This document shows, one piece after another, positions 9,091-18,470 of a stretch of DNA of 64,000 bases. Source of the DNA: an uncultured virus (IMG/VR IMGVR_UViG_3300025138_000019) (Duplodnaviria > Heunggongvirae > Uroviricota > Caudoviricetes). The stretch lies in the IMG/VR virus record IMGVR_UViG_3300025138_000019; one strand, 5' to 3'. Each line of letters opens with the position of its first letter. Within the stretch, counting starts at the first letter, position 1. The translations under genes and the position numbers were made by a program. Under the pieces are notes generated by a model. The model had not been told where the DNA came from. It saw only the letters and a program-made list of their open reading frames with translations, and ran no database searches.

Positions 9091-10806
9091 TTACTTCATC
9101 CTACTAAAATTATTCACCTTTTTAAACTTAATATGATTTTTGAATTTATCTACAAGTTGATCTGCCTTATGACTTATTACAAAAATATTATTTTTTTGGC
9201 TGAGACCATCTAAAATTTTCATTAAGTCATCAGTACCAACAGAGTCCAGAGAAGAATCAAAAATTTCATCAAGAATCAAAAGATTGCAACTTGCACTATT
9301 TTTTAGTTTGGCGACTTCTCTCCAAGCTAACAATAAAGCCAAGTCTATTCTCATTTTTTCGCCTTCGCTAAAACTCATATATGTAAAATTATCTCTGAAT
9401 CTACTCTTGATTGTTTCATTGAACTCTTCATCTAAAGTAAACTGAACAAAGAAATCCATTTCAGTTAAGTTTTTATTGATCAGTTTATTCATGATAGGCA
9501 AATAATGTTTTATAATTTTTGCCTTAATCCCAGAGTCTTTCAGTAGAGTTGTCATAAATTGATATTCACTTCTTGTAGACAGAACACTTTCCTTTTCGTC
9601 AAGAAATGATTCTAACTCAGAATTAAAATCTTCTAACTGAGAAACTTCGGCAGAGACATCATAATCACTCAATTGCAATTCGTTGTTTTCATCCTGTATC
9701 TTTTTTATGTACTTAAAGATTGCAGAAACAGAAGAATTGTAGTTGGTTATCTCACCCTGAATAACCTTGATCTTGTTAATAAAATCTTGATAAGAAAATA
9801 ATGTTTCTTTTTTCTCTACAATAGAATCGTCAATTTTTTCCAAACCAAGATGTAAATCGGTTATGTTTTTTTCTAGATTACTTGTTTTTTCATCACAGAA
9901 GGAAGAATCAATTGGTTGATCACAAGTAGGGCATGAAGTGTTGGTATTAAAGAATGAAATTTCTTTCTTTATTGACTTCATGTTTCTTTTCATCTGCGAT
10001 TCCAATTCCTCAAGTTTACTCAAAGAATTTTCAATTGATGATCTATCTTCTATGTTAACTTCTAGATCTTTTATTTTATTTTCTGAACTAGTAATTTTGT
10101 TTTGAAACTCTTCGATTTTACTTTGAGACTCTTCAATCTTACTTTGATTATTTTCTAAGGTTTCTTTACCTTTTTCTTTTAGACTCTCTATATGATTCTT
10201 CTGAAGATTAATTTTTTCTTTAACCGTGGAAACAGCAGAATCAATTTTGTTTATTTTTTCTCTAAGTAAAGATCTTTTTTCTTTTAACACATCATTCATC
10301 AAACTAAAAACATTCAAGTCCAAAATATCTTCAATGACAGATCTTCTTTCGGAGGCACTCAACTGCATGAACGGAATAAAAGAGGAGCTACCAAGAGTAA
10401 CTATTTGAGTGAATGTTTTATAGTTCATTCTTACAACTTGTTCTTCGAGCATTCGTTGATAATCTTTAGCTTTTGCATTTTGATCCAATAACTTTCCATC
10501 TTTATAGATTTCAAATATCTTGGGATTCAATCCTCGTATTATCTTATACTCGTGTGTCCCAACAGAAAAGGAAAGTTCAACTAAACAATCTTTATTGTTG
10601 ATACTATTAATTAATTGTGGAATGTTTATTCTACGGAATGGTTTGCCAAACAAAGCAAAGGTAATGGAGTCCAACAAAGCGTAAGACTTACCATGACCAT
10701 TTGCTCCGGTGACAAGAGTGGTTGTCTTCCCACCCAAGTTTATTTCAGTAAAATAATTTCCGAATGATCCAAAATTTTTAAATCGAACATTATTAAATGT
10801 GATCAT
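9091..10806 (-). CDS. gp46: Recombination endonuclease ATPase subunit (Rad50/SbcC-like)
   Basis: Walker A GANGHGKS, coiled coil with CPTC zinc hook, FSEGEKMRIDL signature, LDEIFDSSLD. Confidence 0.96.
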   Translation of the reverse strand: MITFNNVRFKNFGSFGNYFTEINLGGKTTTLVTGANGHGKSYALLDSITFALFGKPFRRINIPQLINSINNKDCLVELSFSVGTHEYKIIRGLNPKIFEIYKDGKLLDQNAKAKDYQRMLEEQVVRMNYKTFTQIVTLGSSSFIPFMQLSASERRSVIEDILDLNVFSLMNDVLKEKRSLLREKINKIDSAVSTVKEKINLQKNHIESLKEKGKETLENNQSKIEESQSKIEEFQNKITSSENKIKDLEVNIEDRSSIENSLSKLEELESQMKRNMKSIKKEISFFNTNTSCPTCDQPIDSSFCDEKTSNLEKNITDLHLGLEKIDDSIVEKKETLFSYQDFINKIKVIQGEITNYNSSVSAIFKYIKKIQDENNELQLSDYDVSAEVSQLEDFNSELESFLDEKESVLSTRSEYQFMTTLLKDSGIKAKIIKHYLPIMNKLINKNLTEMDFFVQFTLDEEFNETIKSRFRDNFTYMSFSEGEKMRIDLALLLAWREVAKLKNSASCNLLILDEIFDSSLDSVGTDDLMKILDGLSQKNNIFVISHKADQLVDKFKNHIKFKKVNNFSRMK

Positions 10807-10818
10807 AAATTAAACCGA

Positions 10819-11532
10819 CTACTTAGTTTCTTCAGTTGCCTCTGTGATTGTTTCTTTTTCTTTGGTATCAACAACTTCAGTTGATGCGTCTTCAACTACT
10901 ACAGTTTCTAAAACCTCATCACTTTCCATGGACTTAAACTTTTCTTGCTTCTTGAGCTTTGCTTCTTTCTTTTGCTTTGCTCGTTCTGCACAGCTAGAAC
11001 AACCACCTGAACTCTTCTTCAAAGAAGCAACTTCAATTCCAGAAGGACCGAGCTGTCCCGGAATTGTTAGTATAGTAAGTTCCTGACCATCTTCAATATT
11101 TCTAGATGCTCGATATACAATAGTGGAGAAAGTATTATCAAAACTCCAGTGAACGTTAGGAACTTCTGATCTAGAATAAGCCAATCCATTTCCCATAGGA
11201 ATGACAAAGGGGTGTCCAAGCTCATCCACAATAGGATTGTTGGAACTAAACTTATAGAGAAATGATGCAGCCATCAAATCATTAAAGTTTTTGCCGAATG
11301 ATTCAACTGTAGTATGAAGAACAAGTGCTGGAACTTCTTCGATAACTTCACCGGCTTCGTAATTTCTTTCTGCATAGACACCATAGCTCTGCTTTTCATC
11401 ACTGAATTTAATTTTACAATCAGGAGTTTCGAACGCATTCTTATGCGGTCTACCATTTTCCTTAGTAAAGAATTCAGCGCCGCTGATATGTCTTTTCCAA
11501 ACCATTTGTCTTCTTTGTGTGTCTTCACTCAT
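10819..11532 (-). CDS. SET-domain-like protein (degenerate) with CxxC and an acidic tail
   Basis: YGVYAERNYEAGEVIEE (SET-N), YSRSEVPN in place of NHS..PN, YRASRNIEDGQELTI (SET-C). Confidence 0.7.
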   Translation of the reverse strand: MSEDTQRRQMVWKRHISGAEFFTKENGRPHKNAFETPDCKIKFSDEKQSYGVYAERNYEAGEVIEEVPALVLHTTVESFGKNFNDLMAASFLYKFSSNNPIVDELGHPFVIPMGNGLAYSRSEVPNVHWSFDNTFSTIVYRASRNIEDGQELTILTIPGQLGPSGIEVASLKKSSGGCSSCAERAKQKKEAKLKKQEKFKSMESDEVLETVVVEDASTEVVDTKEKETITEATEETK

Positions 11533-12578
11533 AGTGATAAGCTCTCCATATAAAGCATTTTTGCTAATTGTTTTAAAGAATCTTTATTATCTAAATCAGT
11601 ATTCAAATCTATTTCATTAGAAATTATACTGATCGTATCTTGTCCCATATCAATCATATCTTCATCAAATTCAACATCACCCATATCTTCAATAACAGTC
11701 AAATCTAAGTTATCAACATCCATTAGGGTATCTAAAAATGAATCAAATTCAACAGAATTTTCTTTTTTATTCACGAACAACTTAATGTATTTATTAGAAA
11801 ATTCTTCCAAGTCAATATCTAAAACTTCATTATTTTCTTTTGTATCATCATACTCGAAACTGAAAAACATTCTCTCTGGGTTTTCAATGAATTCAATTTC
11901 TCTTGTTTCTGTGTCTAAGATATGAAATCCCTTTTTATCATTCAAATCACTGAATGTCATTTGGTAAGGAGTCCCCAAGTAATGAACATTATTTTTACTG
12001 CTTTTGCTATGAAAATGTCCACTTAAAACCATCTCGAATCTTTTTAGGAAATTGTCATCCATGCCACCATGAAATTTAACTCCTCGCATAACTTCGTACC
12101 CAGTCAATTCAAAGTGTCCGCAAATTATAGGACATTTACAATTCTGCAAGAACTCCATCGAATCATCATAATTTTCTTTGTTGATCCAAGAAACCAAACC
12201 AATACAAAGATCGTCAAAAACTAACTCTGTTGGTTCGTCATAAATTACAAGATTATCATTTTTACTAAAGAGTTCTTGTAGTGAATTTATTTTGTTTGTG
12301 TTTTTATAAAAAGCATCATGGTTTCCTATGAGACAATGCATTTTTATATTATTATCTTTTAGATTTTTAATGAAATCATTCTGGATACCATGAAGGGTAT
12401 TATAATTAACATACTTTCTTCTGTCCATCAAATCACCAAGATGGATTGATTGTGTTATTCCATTTTCTTTACAATATGGAAAAAATATGTTATTAAAAAA
12501 TCTAGAAAAATAATCCATGAAATGTGGAGAATCATTTCTAACGCCAAAGTGTGTATCTGTTATGAGTGCTATTTTCAT
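11529..12578 (-). CDS. gp47: Recombination endonuclease nuclease subunit (Mre11/SbcD-like)
   Basis: DTHFG, HLGDLMDRR, GNHD, GHF and SGHFH phosphoesterase motifs. Confidence 0.96.
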   Translation of the reverse strand: MKIALITDTHFGVRNDSPHFMDYFSRFFNNIFFPYCKENGITQSIHLGDLMDRRKYVNYNTLHGIQNDFIKNLKDNNIKMHCLIGNHDAFYKNTNKINSLQELFSKNDNLVIYDEPTELVFDDLCIGLVSWINKENYDDSMEFLQNCKCPIICGHFELTGYEVMRGVKFHGGMDDNFLKRFEMVLSGHFHSKSSKNNVHYLGTPYQMTFSDLNDKKGFHILDTETREIEFIENPERMFFSFEYDDTKENNEVLDIDLEEFSNKYIKLFVNKKENSVEFDSFLDTLMDVDNLDLTVIEDMGDVEFDEDMIDMGQDTISIISNEIDLNTDLDNKDSLKQLAKMLYMESLSL

Positions 12579-13087
12579 TTAGGTTTCTTTTTATTCTTTG
12601 TCGTGAACTTGTCTAGATCATTATCACTTAGAGAAAAATAAGTTGCCATTGCTTTTTTTGTATCGGTTTTTTCAAAATAATTATGTTTAAACCAACTGCT
12701 CATAGATCCATCTGTATCTAACTGTTCCATCATTTTAAACTTAATGAAGTTTTGTTTCTTTTCTTTTTCTATTCTTCGTATGAAGGCATAGTAAGTTATT
12801 TGAGTAAAATAAGAAAAAGGATTTTTTGATTTTTCTGGATCAAAATTGTGTGCATAAGTTATACAGTTTTCAATTGCATCACCAACCATTTCTTCTCTGA
12901 ATGGATAGTTTGCAAAGTTTGGTTTGTATGACAAGTGTTCTGCTATCTTGACGAAGCACTCTCCAATGTAATTACTAACTGGAGGTCTTCCTTCATCAAC
13001 TTCTTCTGCTTCTTTAATTTGAGTCTTCCACTCACACATTGCTTCGAAGAAGACTGTATTATCAATATAATTATTTGCTTTGGCCAT
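12575..13087 (-). CDS. gp55: Late-transcription sigma factor
   Basis: NYIDN..F, YIGECF.KIA.HLS.KPNF, NFDPEKS.NPFSYFTQI motifs. Confidence 0.96.
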   Translation of the reverse strand: MAKANNYIDNTVFFEAMCEWKTQIKEAEEVDEGRPPVSNYIGECFVKIAEHLSYKPNFANYPFREEMVGDAIENCITYAHNFDPEKSKNPFSYFTQITYYAFIRRIEKEKKQNFIKFKMMEQLDTDGSMSSWFKHNYFEKTDTKKAMATYFSLSDNDLDKFTTKNKKKPK

Positions 13088-13107
13088 TTATTTAATTCTC
13101 CACACAG

Positions 13108-13135
13108 AGTATACACGAAATATTTATTTTATCAA
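13108..13135 (-). promoter_or_regulatory. Sigma70-type promoter for the gp55-gp47-gp46 operon
   Basis: TTGATA-N16-TATACT, followed by a GGAGA RBS. Confidence 0.6.
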
Positions 13136-13143
13136 CTTTTTTC

Positions 13144-13171
13144 TTGACAATTTTAAGAACCCCTTTACAAT
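13144..13171 (+). promoter_or_regulatory. Near-consensus sigma70 promoter facing antisense to the uvsW operon
   Basis: TTGACA-N16-TACAAT; no plus-strand gene downstream. Confidence 0.55.
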
Positions 13172-13202
13172 TCACTATGTAGTGAGAGAAAAGGAATAGT
13201 CT

Positions 13203-13841
13203 CTATTCAAAGTATTCATCAGGATCAGAATTCCAATCAGTCCATCTGTTTCCAAAATTAGGATGATCTGTTTCTTCTCCAGTATATTCTTCATCCGCAA
13301 CATCACCATCAAAATCTTCGTCATCATCATTTTCAAAATCGATCAAACTAGGATCTACCATTCCAGATTTGATAAGATCTTGTAATATACTAGGAGGTAG
13401 CATCATTGAAAAATGATATTCAGTTTCGCTATCTTCACTTGGATCTTTATTTAATAGATCATCCAAAGACTTGAGCATATTCTCTAAGTCTTTACTTTTT
13501 TGTTTTTGGATCTCGGTGTGATCTTTTATCTCTCTGGATTTTGGATTAGTGTCTTCTTTTTCTTTTTCAATATCATAAAGCTCAGCCGCTTCATTAGCTG
13601 GAGTTGAATATGTTACGATATAATCTTGTGGAATTTTTGTATCCAAAGAATGATCAGAATAAGAAATCCAATTCTTAAGAACTGTAATTTCTCTTTGCAT
13701 ACCTGTCATAGGATCTGCCATAAGAAGAGTTCTAAAAACCATAGGTCTTTCTAGGATCAATTTACCGGAAATTTGTCCTTTTATTTTAGCAATCAATTCA
13801 TCACCATTTTTTAATTTTAGGATCCGATAAGAAGTTCTCAT
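13203..13841 (-). CDS. Hypothetical protein (Sm-like N-terminus, acidic C-terminus) typically found downstream of uvsW
   Basis: ILKLKNGDELIA N-terminus; ATGA overlap with uvsW. Confidence 0.7.
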   Translation of the reverse strand: MRTSYRILKLKNGDELIAKIKGQISGKLILERPMVFRTLLMADPMTGMQREITVLKNWISYSDHSLDTKIPQDYIVTYSTPANEAAELYDIEKEKEDTNPKSREIKDHTEIQKQKSKDLENMLKSLDDLLNKDPSEDSETEYHFSMMLPPSILQDLIKSGMVDPSLIDFENDDDEDFDGDVADEEYTGEETDHPNFGNRWTDWNSDPDEYFE

Positions 13842-15349
13842 ACACTTTCTCCTTTGATTCGGATTTTAATAAGATTAAAATCAAATTTCTCTTTATTATA
13901 TATCTTTATTCTTTCATTCAGATGATTGAGAGTGTGGTTTCTATGCTTCTTGTAAGACAAATCATCTGCTATATCATATAATTTTGTTATTTTTTTATTT
14001 TCAGATTTTCTCAAGCCTCTACCAATAGACTGAAGAACTCTCACGACAGACTTAGATGGAGATGCAAAAATTACATTTTCTATATTTGGAATATTTATTC
14101 CCGTTGAACATGTTCCATAAGAGGCAACTAGAACCTTACCATCACTGTCCTGTGAACTTATCAATTGACGTATTTCTTCTCTCTGATCTACTTCAGTTCC
14201 ACCATGAATAAAATAAACATCATCTTCTGGTACAACTTTTTTTATTTCTTCATATAGAGGTTTGCCGTGTAGCTCGACATAATTATAAAGAAGTAAAGTA
14301 TTCCCCTTCAATGAAGAAACTAAATTTGATATAAACTTATTTCTGGATTTGTTTTCAACAATCCATTTTATTTCATCATTATATTTGCAGCGTTTCATTT
14401 CTTCTTTATCTTTTTCACTGTGTTCCAATACTAGACAATCTATCTTTAGATTTGACAATAGATCTTTTTCAATAAGATCTTTTGTTGTGGTCACATTATA
14501 CACTCTACCAAAAAGACCTTCAATGACTAATTTGTGTGTTTGTGTGCCATCTAAAGTTCCTGTTGTTCCTATCCTATAAGGACAATTTTTTAGTTTAGTC
14601 ATTAGTGATGTCAAAGACTTGGCCTTAAACAAATGGCACTCATCACCAAATACCACAGAGTATTGATCGAAATACTCTTGAGGCATTTTATAAATGCTTT
14701 GCCATGTGGAAATCACAACTCGTTTATCGGATGTCTTATCTTGTCCTGAAAATATAACATGACAATTTTTATCAACATCCCAAGAACCATCCGAGTAATC
14801 TTTGAAGTCGTTATACATTTGATTAACCAAACCAGTGGTGGGAACTACGACTAATACTTTTTTGTCTGACTCTAATTTGCTTAGATAAAATCTGGTGAGT
14901 AGATATATTATCAAAGATTTGCCGCTACCCGTAGGAGAAAGCAACAAACACCTATTCTTATTTAATGCATGTAAAAGACCATTTATTTGATGATCGTGTG
15001 GAGATATTCTTTTTCCTTTAGAGCAGGGTTTGATTTCATTTTCAACAAAATCTATTAGCTCACCTTGGTTTGTTTTGAACTGTTCAAACAAAGGTTGTTT
15101 ATACTCCACGGTATATTTTCTATCTTTGGCAAACTGAACAACGTAGTCAAGAAGACCTGAATATATGGTATGTCGATATAAATTAAATAATCTAATTTGA
15201 CCATCCCACAGCTTATTTTTGTAAGCTGGTGTAAATTGATAATTTGGGACTTCGAATGTAAAGAATTGACTTAGCTCTTTTGCTAAAGATCTATCACAAT
15301 CCACAAGCAGATCCACAGAATCGAGATGTTGTATAGTCATATCGCTCAT
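13838..15349 (-). CDS. uvsW: UvsW SF2 helicase
   Basis: WDGQIRLF, SPTGSGKS, GDECH, TGT, QSIGRGLR. Confidence 0.96.
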   Translation of the reverse strand: MSDMTIQHLDSVDLLVDCDRSLAKELSQFFTFEVPNYQFTPAYKNKLWDGQIRLFNLYRHTIYSGLLDYVVQFAKDRKYTVEYKQPLFEQFKTNQGELIDFVENEIKPCSKGKRISPHDHQINGLLHALNKNRCLLLSPTGSGKSLIIYLLTRFYLSKLESDKKVLVVVPTTGLVNQMYNDFKDYSDGSWDVDKNCHVIFSGQDKTSDKRVVISTWQSIYKMPQEYFDQYSVVFGDECHLFKAKSLTSLMTKLKNCPYRIGTTGTLDGTQTHKLVIEGLFGRVYNVTTTKDLIEKDLLSNLKIDCLVLEHSEKDKEEMKRCKYNDEIKWIVENKSRNKFISNLVSSLKGNTLLLYNYVELHGKPLYEEIKKVVPEDDVYFIHGGTEVDQREEIRQLISSQDSDGKVLVASYGTCSTGINIPNIENVIFASPSKSVVRVLQSIGRGLRKSENKKITKLYDIADDLSYKKHRNHTLNHLNERIKIYNKEKFDFNLIKIRIKGESV

Positions 15350-15367
15350 ACACTATATGTATGAGGG

Positions 15368-15802
15368 TTACTGACCTTGAGTGAACTTGATCCAGTCCAA
15401 GGCAGCCCTGATATTCCACTGTCTATTTGATACAATTTTAATTACCTCTTCTAAGTAATTCACTTTTTCTTTTTGGAGAATAATTTTGGCTTCTATTCTG
15501 TGTACATCAGAATCACTTTGTAAAAATCTGTCTATGTCTGTTTTCAGAATAGTCAAAGGAAAAGGCTCCCAATTATGTTTCTTGAGATCATCTTCGCCCA
15601 TTTTTCCAGTGTAGTACAACCACTTATCTCTCTTCATAATCTTCAATTCAGAATACATCTTTTCTAGAATTAACTTCTCTTCCATTAAGATGACAAGATA
15701 CTTGTTGTGTATCTGGGGAGTCTTCAGGGACTCTATGTCGAGCTGCGTTTCATTTAGAGTGATATCCTTAGATACCATTTGTTTAATTTCACTTATATTC
15801 AT
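15368..15802 (-). CDS. uvsY: UvsY recombination mediator
   Basis: P.IHNKYL, KWLYYTGK, R.WNIRAALDW.KF motifs; adjacent to uvsW. Confidence 0.92.
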   Translation of the reverse strand: MNISEIKQMVSKDITLNETQLDIESLKTPQIHNKYLVILMEEKLILEKMYSELKIMKRDKWLYYTGKMGEDDLKKHNWEPFPLTILKTDIDRFLQSDSDVHRIEAKIILQKEKVNYLEEVIKIVSNRQWNIRAALDWIKFTQGQ

Positions 15803-15832
15803 AATTTACCTCATAATATATATGAACATTTA

Positions 15833-17605
15833 CTAGGACTCTACAACGTCAGCGGAGTATATTTCTAAGCTCTCTCCATCTCTATCATAAGCATTTCTAA
15901 TTGTTCCAATAAGAATTAAACGATTTCCCACCGGAATATCAGAATCTGGTATAGTAAAAGTTACCGGGAATGCACTAGACAATGGTTCGGTTACAAAATC
16001 TGGAGCATCTACGCCAGCTAATTTTACACTAGGTGCTGAGTTTTTATCTAGAGTATAGATTGCCCAGTTCCAAATCGCTCCGTAAGGTTCTCCATCATCT
16101 ATACTCGCATCGAAAGTACAGGATTGTCCTCGAACAGGTGGGTTCGGTGTGAAGGTTGGATTTGTAAGTGAAGCTTTGTAACCTCTAGGTTCTATTTCAC
16201 CATAAGTTATAGTCTCACTATCACTTCCTAATGGATTTGATAATATGACTGATGCCTTTAGTGTTTTCCCTGCGGTGTTGTCAGGAATAATGAAAGTATG
16301 TTCTAGCGTATCTTCAAGATCATTATATTCTTCATCATCAATTGTCCAAGTTACAGTTGTGGTGCTTGATGGATATGAGCCTGCATTATCTTGAATATTG
16401 ATAAAAGCACGTAGTCCTTCATTCGTGTGCTCGGCTCCTAAGTTGCCGCTGTTTGGACGAGACGATGGTATTAAGATATTTTGTATCTCAGGTGTCACTC
16501 CAGTTATTGTAGAAAAAGCCACATTAGAACTTTCTTCTACAACAGTATTATCTTTTCCAATTATTTTTACATCGCAATAAATTTTTTGTCCTTCGTGTCC
16601 TTCTACAGTCTCAAACTTTTCGCTTGTGCTTCTTTGTTGTATCTGGACTCTGACTGCATCAAAAATTTCTATTATCTCATAGGTATATCCAAATGATTCT
16701 AGTATTTCTTTCATTTTTAAAAAGTCCGACGAAGGCGTTATCAATCCATCGTCATCGATTTTGGCACTAGGAACGGGTCCACCATACCGACCTGTCACTA
16801 ACAGAGTACCATGTTGTTTTGATACCATGAAAGCTGGACTCCCACTATCTCCACTCCACACGTTTGCCTTCAGACCTCGATTTATTTTATCCTTCACTGG
16901 AAGGTTGAAGTTGCTTGATCCACAGTCAGGACAATCGGAAATGGGATTACCGTTCACATCTTTTTTTTGTTTGCATGTGGTTTGCCATATTGCACCTTGT
17001 GGGGACTTAGTGAAAATTAAAGTATTTTTTAACCACCCTTTATATCCTCCGCTCATCGCCGTCGCGGGGATAACTGGAACTTTATTGTATATTCTTATAC
17101 CAAGATCAGCGGGAACTTCATCTCTCAACTCAAGAATAACAGTGTCATTAAATTGATTTTCCGGAGGAGGGGGAATAAAAGTAGTTTCAAACTTTTTACC
17201 CTCCTTATTCATAAACGTCACTACTTTGCCAAGTTGATTTTGTGCTGCTGTCCAATAATGTTTACATGCAGCAACATGTTTAGGACTTACTAACATCATT
17301 GCAACATAACCAGAGTTATAAAAATTTATGTTTGCATCTTCTGAAGCTTGATCTGCATCCCACTCATCTTCCCAGCCGTTATTCACTGCGTTGTTTCTGG
17401 TGCATTTATTATTGTATCTTCTTGGTAATACCGCTAGTCCAGTAAAATCTACAGGATAGTCTTGGAGAAGCTCCGTATAACATTTTGGATTATATCCAAT
17501 GGGTATTCCTTCTATCTTTTCCCCGGTTTGTCTGTTGAAAGACGCTTCGGGTTCATAAAGATATAGATCATGTAATGATGGTTTGTATTCTTCTATTGCG
17601 ACCAT
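15833..17605 (-). CDS. Trypsin-like serine protease domain followed by Ig-like domains
   Basis: Triad motifs SPKHVAACKH, NDTVILEL and GDSGSP; C-terminal beta-rich repeats (VTWTIDD...F.IP..TAGKTL.ASV; FTIP..DIPVG.RL). Confidence 0.75.
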   Translation of the reverse strand: MVAIEEYKPSLHDLYLYEPEASFNRQTGEKIEGIPIGYNPKCYTELLQDYPVDFTGLAVLPRRYNNKCTRNNAVNNGWEDEWDADQASEDANINFYNSGYVAMMLVSPKHVAACKHYWTAAQNQLGKVVTFMNKEGKKFETTFIPPPPENQFNDTVILELRDEVPADLGIRIYNKVPVIPATAMSGGYKGWLKNTLIFTKSPQGAIWQTTCKQKKDVNGNPISDCPDCGSSNFNLPVKDKINRGLKANVWSGDSGSPAFMVSKQHGTLLVTGRYGGPVPSAKIDDDGLITPSSDFLKMKEILESFGYTYEIIEIFDAVRVQIQQRSTSEKFETVEGHEGQKIYCDVKIIGKDNTVVEESSNVAFSTITGVTPEIQNILIPSSRPNSGNLGAEHTNEGLRAFINIQDNAGSYPSSTTTVTWTIDDEEYNDLEDTLEHTFIIPDNTAGKTLKASVILSNPLGSDSETITYGEIEPRGYKASLTNPTFTPNPPVRGQSCTFDASIDDGEPYGAIWNWAIYTLDKNSAPSVKLAGVDAPDFVTEPLSSAFPVTFTIPDSDIPVGNRLILIGTIRNAYDRDGESLEIYSADVVES

Positions 17606-17619
17606 TTTTTAAACTTCCT

Positions 17620-18384
17620 TTATGAAATATAAGGCTCCGAATACCAAGTGTATTCAATGCGTTGTGCTTCACCTGCTTCATCACCTATGTTCACATTAGC
17701 AGTTATTATCTCTTCCTCAGAAGGAGAGAAACTAGTAGTAGAAAGCGAAACGTCAGTAATATTTACTGGCTCTGATATTGCAGGAATATTTGATGCATTT
17801 TTAACTGGTGTTATTTCATAGTGACTATAGGCAAATGTTACCGTGCAAAACACAGGTTCTGAGTCCGAACTTACGGTAGAGAACTGGACACCACTCAAAC
17901 CAACTGGAAACAAATTAAATATTTCTACTTGAAATTTTGGTTGATAAGAACTATTTAATATAGTGAAAAGACCTGTACTATGAAACTGCTCTGGTGATAT
18001 TCTTTCATCATAGTTTGATACACCCGGACTACCAATGGAAGTAATCCAATCATATATTTCCAACCAGTTTTTCATAGTTTCATCTACCAAGAAAGTAACA
18101 GTTAGGTCTTCAAAAATATACTTACCGGAAGGGTGTGGTACATTGACACCAAAAGAGGTTGGGTGATCAACTTGAAGATTGCTTATTGATGGTAAATTAA
18201 CCTGTTGTACAAATTCAGACAGATTCGGAATTCTTGGTGTATTGAACTGGAAGTAATTTACACCGAGGGCGTTGTGAGAACCTGTATAAGCTCCTTGAGT
18301 CCGCAACTCATAGTCAGACACCATTGGTGTGTTTAAACCGAATGTGAGTCCACTGGGAGCTTCTGATGGGTTAGTGAGTGACAT
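17620..18384 (-). CDS. gp3: Tail tube terminator / tail completion protein with a C-terminal extension
   Basis: F.F...RIPN...FVQQVNLP, FLVDETMKNWLEIYDWI, LFPVGLSG.QF, VTFAY; directly after gp23. Confidence 0.88.
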   Translation of the reverse strand: MSLTNPSEAPSGLTFGLNTPMVSDYELRTQGAYTGSHNALGVNYFQFNTPRIPNLSEFVQQVNLPSISNLQVDHPTSFGVNVPHPSGKYIFEDLTVTFLVDETMKNWLEIYDWITSIGSPGVSNYDERISPEQFHSTGLFTILNSSYQPKFQVEIFNLFPVGLSGVQFSTVSSDSEPVFCTVTFAYSHYEITPVKNASNIPAISEPVNITDVSLSTTSFSPSEEEIITANVNIGDEAGEAQRIEYTWYSEPYIS

Positions 18385-18399
18385 ACATTTCCTCCGTAG

Positions 18400-18407
18400 T
18401 ATTTATA
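18400..18407 (-). promoter_or_regulatory. T4 late promoter TATAAATA (gp3)
   Basis: Exact gp55 consensus immediately after the gp23 terminator. Confidence 0.8.
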
Positions 18408-18408
18408 T

Positions 18409-18441
18409 AAAAAAAAGGGGCGCCCCAAACGGGACGCCCCT
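18409..18441 (-). terminator. Rho-independent terminator after gp23
   Basis: GGGGCGTCCC-GTTT-GGGGCGCCCC hairpin followed by T8. Confidence 0.92.
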
Positions 18442-18470
18442 GATTCTTTTAGTTACTAGTATTGTCAGGA

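Noticed and set aside
17603..17625. Frameshift or readthrough joining gp3 to the protease ORF
   Set aside because: The protease frame has its own TAA two codons before the ATG and an AGGAAG RBS, so fusion would need both readthrough and a shift.
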